From Folioceros fuciformis (Eukaryota), in NCBI GenBank assembly GCA_049999805.1, contig JBNGIO010005394.1:1-37575 (forward strand): a stretch of DNA of 37,575 nucleotides. Reading direction: 5' to 3'. Shown piece by piece: positions 34,805 through 37,575 of the stretch. Position 1 is the stretch's first letter; each line of letters opens with the position of its first letter. The translations under genes and the position numbers were made by a program. Under the pieces are notes generated by a model that was given only the letters and a program-made list of their open reading frames with translations, made no database searches and had not been told where the DNA came from.

Positions 34805-34963
34805 TGTTCGGGTGTAGAAACCCTAACATGATTAAATATACGATTAAGAGTTAGGTTAACTAACCAATCGACACCTTACAATTTTGCTTCTTAAACTCTT
34901 ATTTGTTAATTAAATGTTGTCTTTGTGAAATATGCTTCCGCAAGTTTTTCATGGTATCAGAGC
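34805..34963 (+). mobile_element. 5' LTR (34805-34951) and tRNA-Met PBS (34952-34963) of a Copia inserted into the minus-strand Copia
   Basis: TG at 34805 exactly where the integrase-region frame ends; ...TTTTCA followed by TGGTATCAGAGC. Confidence 0.8.
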
Positions 34964-35966
34964 CCTTTAAAATGACTATGAGGTTAGGTGCAGAGGGACT
35001 GCACAAGCATAATATATACAGCTGCCATCTTGGTTAGATGTAGTATAGTATGTTGAAGCAGTCACTTTACACTTGTATCCTAGAATCAACATAAGTAGTT
35101 TCTTCATAAAACTTCTAAGGAAGATTCCTATGAAAAACTACAAATGATCCTAAATCTAGTTTCGCAATGGCACGCTGGAGAGTAAGGTGCCCTGATGTGT
35201 CTCTATACAAGAAGAGAATCAGTTCTTCTGGGGTCTTCAAACCCTGCTTGTGAGATGTTCTAAGCCAAATTCAACAGGGCGAAGAACTTCTACTCTACAG
35301 TGCCGTTGCAATCACATTTTCAGACAATCTCAGCTTTCAAAAGACAAGGAAGATCTAAACTGGGAAATTCCAGTTTTGCGAATTTAGATCTTTTTGTAAG
35401 AATGCTGGAGGAATGCCTATTAATTATTGAGGCTCACCTTGTGACAACAATTGCTGACCAGGAGGAGTTTGCGCTTGTTGTCGTTTGCTATCACTGGGGA
35501 CTACTGATAAATTGGATCTCATCAGTTTGCAATTCTGTTGACAATTTCCTGGAGTTGCTGTGCAGCGCATTTGCGAGCAACATAAGTGGAATTTTAGCAA
35601 GGGATCAATTAGCATCACTTCAATATGTTGTGAAGATCCTCGTGCATGAGCAGATTTTCTCGACCTCACTCTAATCTCAGTTCAGACCTGTATAGGCGCA
35701 TTTGTGAGTGGCGCCGATTCATCCCCATGCCAGCGCTGCAGCATCTGGATCTCAAGGGTTGTCAAGATTAGTCTTGCCCCTTCATCTGGCAGCCAACTTA
35801 GCAAATTCGACTACGTTCACAAGTCGTTTTGAGGTCAGGAGTGTCCATTCAGTTTTCGTTTTTAGGGTTCCGCTGAAAACCAACCGTCATGAAGGGGTAC
35901 TTACCGTTTCACTTAAGTTTCAGGTTGCTCAATCTTCCTTTGCAGACACTTGGCATTGTCTAGAGT

Positions 35967-36968
35967 ATGTCTGCTGAAGATAGTGACCTGGACACAAATT
36001 TCTCGCCCACTCGATCTGCGTTAGTGAGCAGTGTCGATTTTGATCAAGAAGAGGAGTCTCAGATCTCAGACTTCCTTAGAAGCTACCTGAGGAGTTTAAT
36101 TACTGGGTCAGTTGGCTTCATGCCTACTAGTCAACCTAGTCAGATATCTGGGCAGACTCCTGCTAATATGACAACAGCACAAGTACCTACCTTTGTTGGA
36201 GTCACCTACTCAGGTGACTTTAAAGAAAAAGACAGGTTTGATGGCAAGCAGAATCGGTATGAAAGTTGGAGAGCTCGAATGAAGGCTTTTCTCAACGCGA
36301 GAGACGTCTGGGAATACGTTGATGGCTCTTTGGCAGATCCCAACAAAATCCCAGCCTCTGCATCTGTTCAGCCAACTGCAGATGAAAAATCAAAATGGTA
36401 TAAGGGCAACAAAATTGCTTATGCCATTCTTCTCTCTGGCCTGGATGAATCTATGGTCACAGAAGTTGATTACCTGGATATTGCTACTGATGTCTGGAAA
36501 CAGTTGAAAGATACATATCAGGTGCAGAATATACTTACCCTTGTGACTGCAAGGAATGAATTCCACTCACTAAGGATGAGAGAAGGGGACTCTGTCGGAG
36601 TGCATGTTAGTCGCTTCTGATTCTTGAGCGCACAGCTGGCCTCTCTTGGCAGCAAGTTGACTAAGAATGAAGCAGTTGCTCAACTGCTCTCCAATCTTTC
36701 GCCTTCCTATCATAACTTTGTCTCGTCTCAGAATTCAGCCCTACGTGCTTCAATAGCGGCTGTCACTGCTGGACATGCACATACGCTCACTTTAAGTGAG
36801 CTCACTAGTGCCCTCTTTCAAGAAGAGCAGTCCCGCCACAGATCTGGAGGACATGGACAGCGAGTGAAGAGTGAGAAAGTTTTGTTTGCTGCCGAAGGAA
36901 AGCTGTTTGCAAAGGGGAAAGGAAAAGGAGGAAGACCACCTCATCCAAGTTTGGGTTCACGTTCTTCA
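35967..36968 (+). pseudogene. Copia gag with one in-frame TGA (36618-36620), cut off by an LTR insertion before the Zn knuckle
   Basis: RFDGKQNRYESWRARMKAFL..DVWEYVDG, VWKQLKDTY, LRMREGDSV, LLSNLSPSY. ORFs 35967-36620 and 36624-36974 share a frame. Confidence 0.9.
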
Positions 36969-37273
36969 TGTTGAGTTATCGAGCTCTATATGAGCTAAAC
37001 TCATGTGGTGTTAGTTATCCCAGTTGGGTTCATACTAGACTAGTTCTAGTTATTAGTGAACTTAGGATAGTGTAGATTATCCCATATTGAACCTGGAAGT
37101 TGTGTAGCCCTAAATGTACTACTTAAATGGAGACCTCGGACCTCCATAGAAAGACAGTGGTGATGTGTATTGTTTTCATGGTTGTGATCACCAATACCAC
37201 CCTCTCTTCTCTCCTCTCCTCTCCTACACTTGCACGTAGACTGGAGTCGATCCTATTGACATGGTATCAGAGC
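36969..37273 (+). mobile_element. 5' LTR (36969-37261, 293 bp) and tRNA-Met PBS (37262-37273) of a third nested LTR element running off the window
   Basis: TGTTGAG...TTGACA followed directly by TGGTATCAGAGC. Confidence 0.85.
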
Positions 37274-37575
37274 CCGGTGCAGGCGGTGGAAGATCGGCGT
37301 AGGAGGTGCTGCAAGAGGCAGCAAGAGTGCACACCAGAAGCTAGAGCAGCTACGAGAAGTTGGAGCAGCTTGGAGGGAGTTCGGCAGCCAGCGTCCCGGC
37401 AGCTAACTCTCATATCGGTGTGTGCAGGAAGTGAGGAGAAGGGCGACAAGGCCTTGTCAGCTTACTGGACTAGCTGTTGATCCCCAGAGCTCTGTGGAAG
37501 GGCTGACAAGTGGAGGCAACAGCTGCAATAGCCTTAGCAGCTGCAAGAAAGTGTGCTAACCCTAGCTTGGCAGCA

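Overview
Plant nuclear DNA with short spliceosomal introns, most likely from a seed-free lineage with U-to-C organellar RNA editing. A hornwort is my best inference from the DYW:KP-type PPR genes; a fern or lycophyte cannot be excluded. Host genes: a multi-exon LONESOME HIGHWAY-family bHLH gene (-), a DRB2/3/5-type dsRNA-binding gene (+), and a tandem pair of PLS-class PPR genes ending in DYW:KP-type (HAEKLA) domains, one intact and one disrupted. Both PPR genes carry an N-terminal PDF motif of the kind known from OSB organellar ssDNA-binding proteins. The rest is layered, decayed transposons: a Ty3/Gypsy pol remnant preceded by a DNMT3-like cytosine methyltransferase fragment, a putative LTR-LTR junction, a Copia gag split by a 6.2 kb TG..CA insertion, two Harbinger transposase remnants, nested Copia elements at the right end and several minisatellites. 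Top leads: (1) the PDF-PPR-DYW:KP fusion editing factors; (2) a DNMT-carrying Gypsy retrotransposon in a land plant. All calls come from reading motifs by eye; no searches were run.
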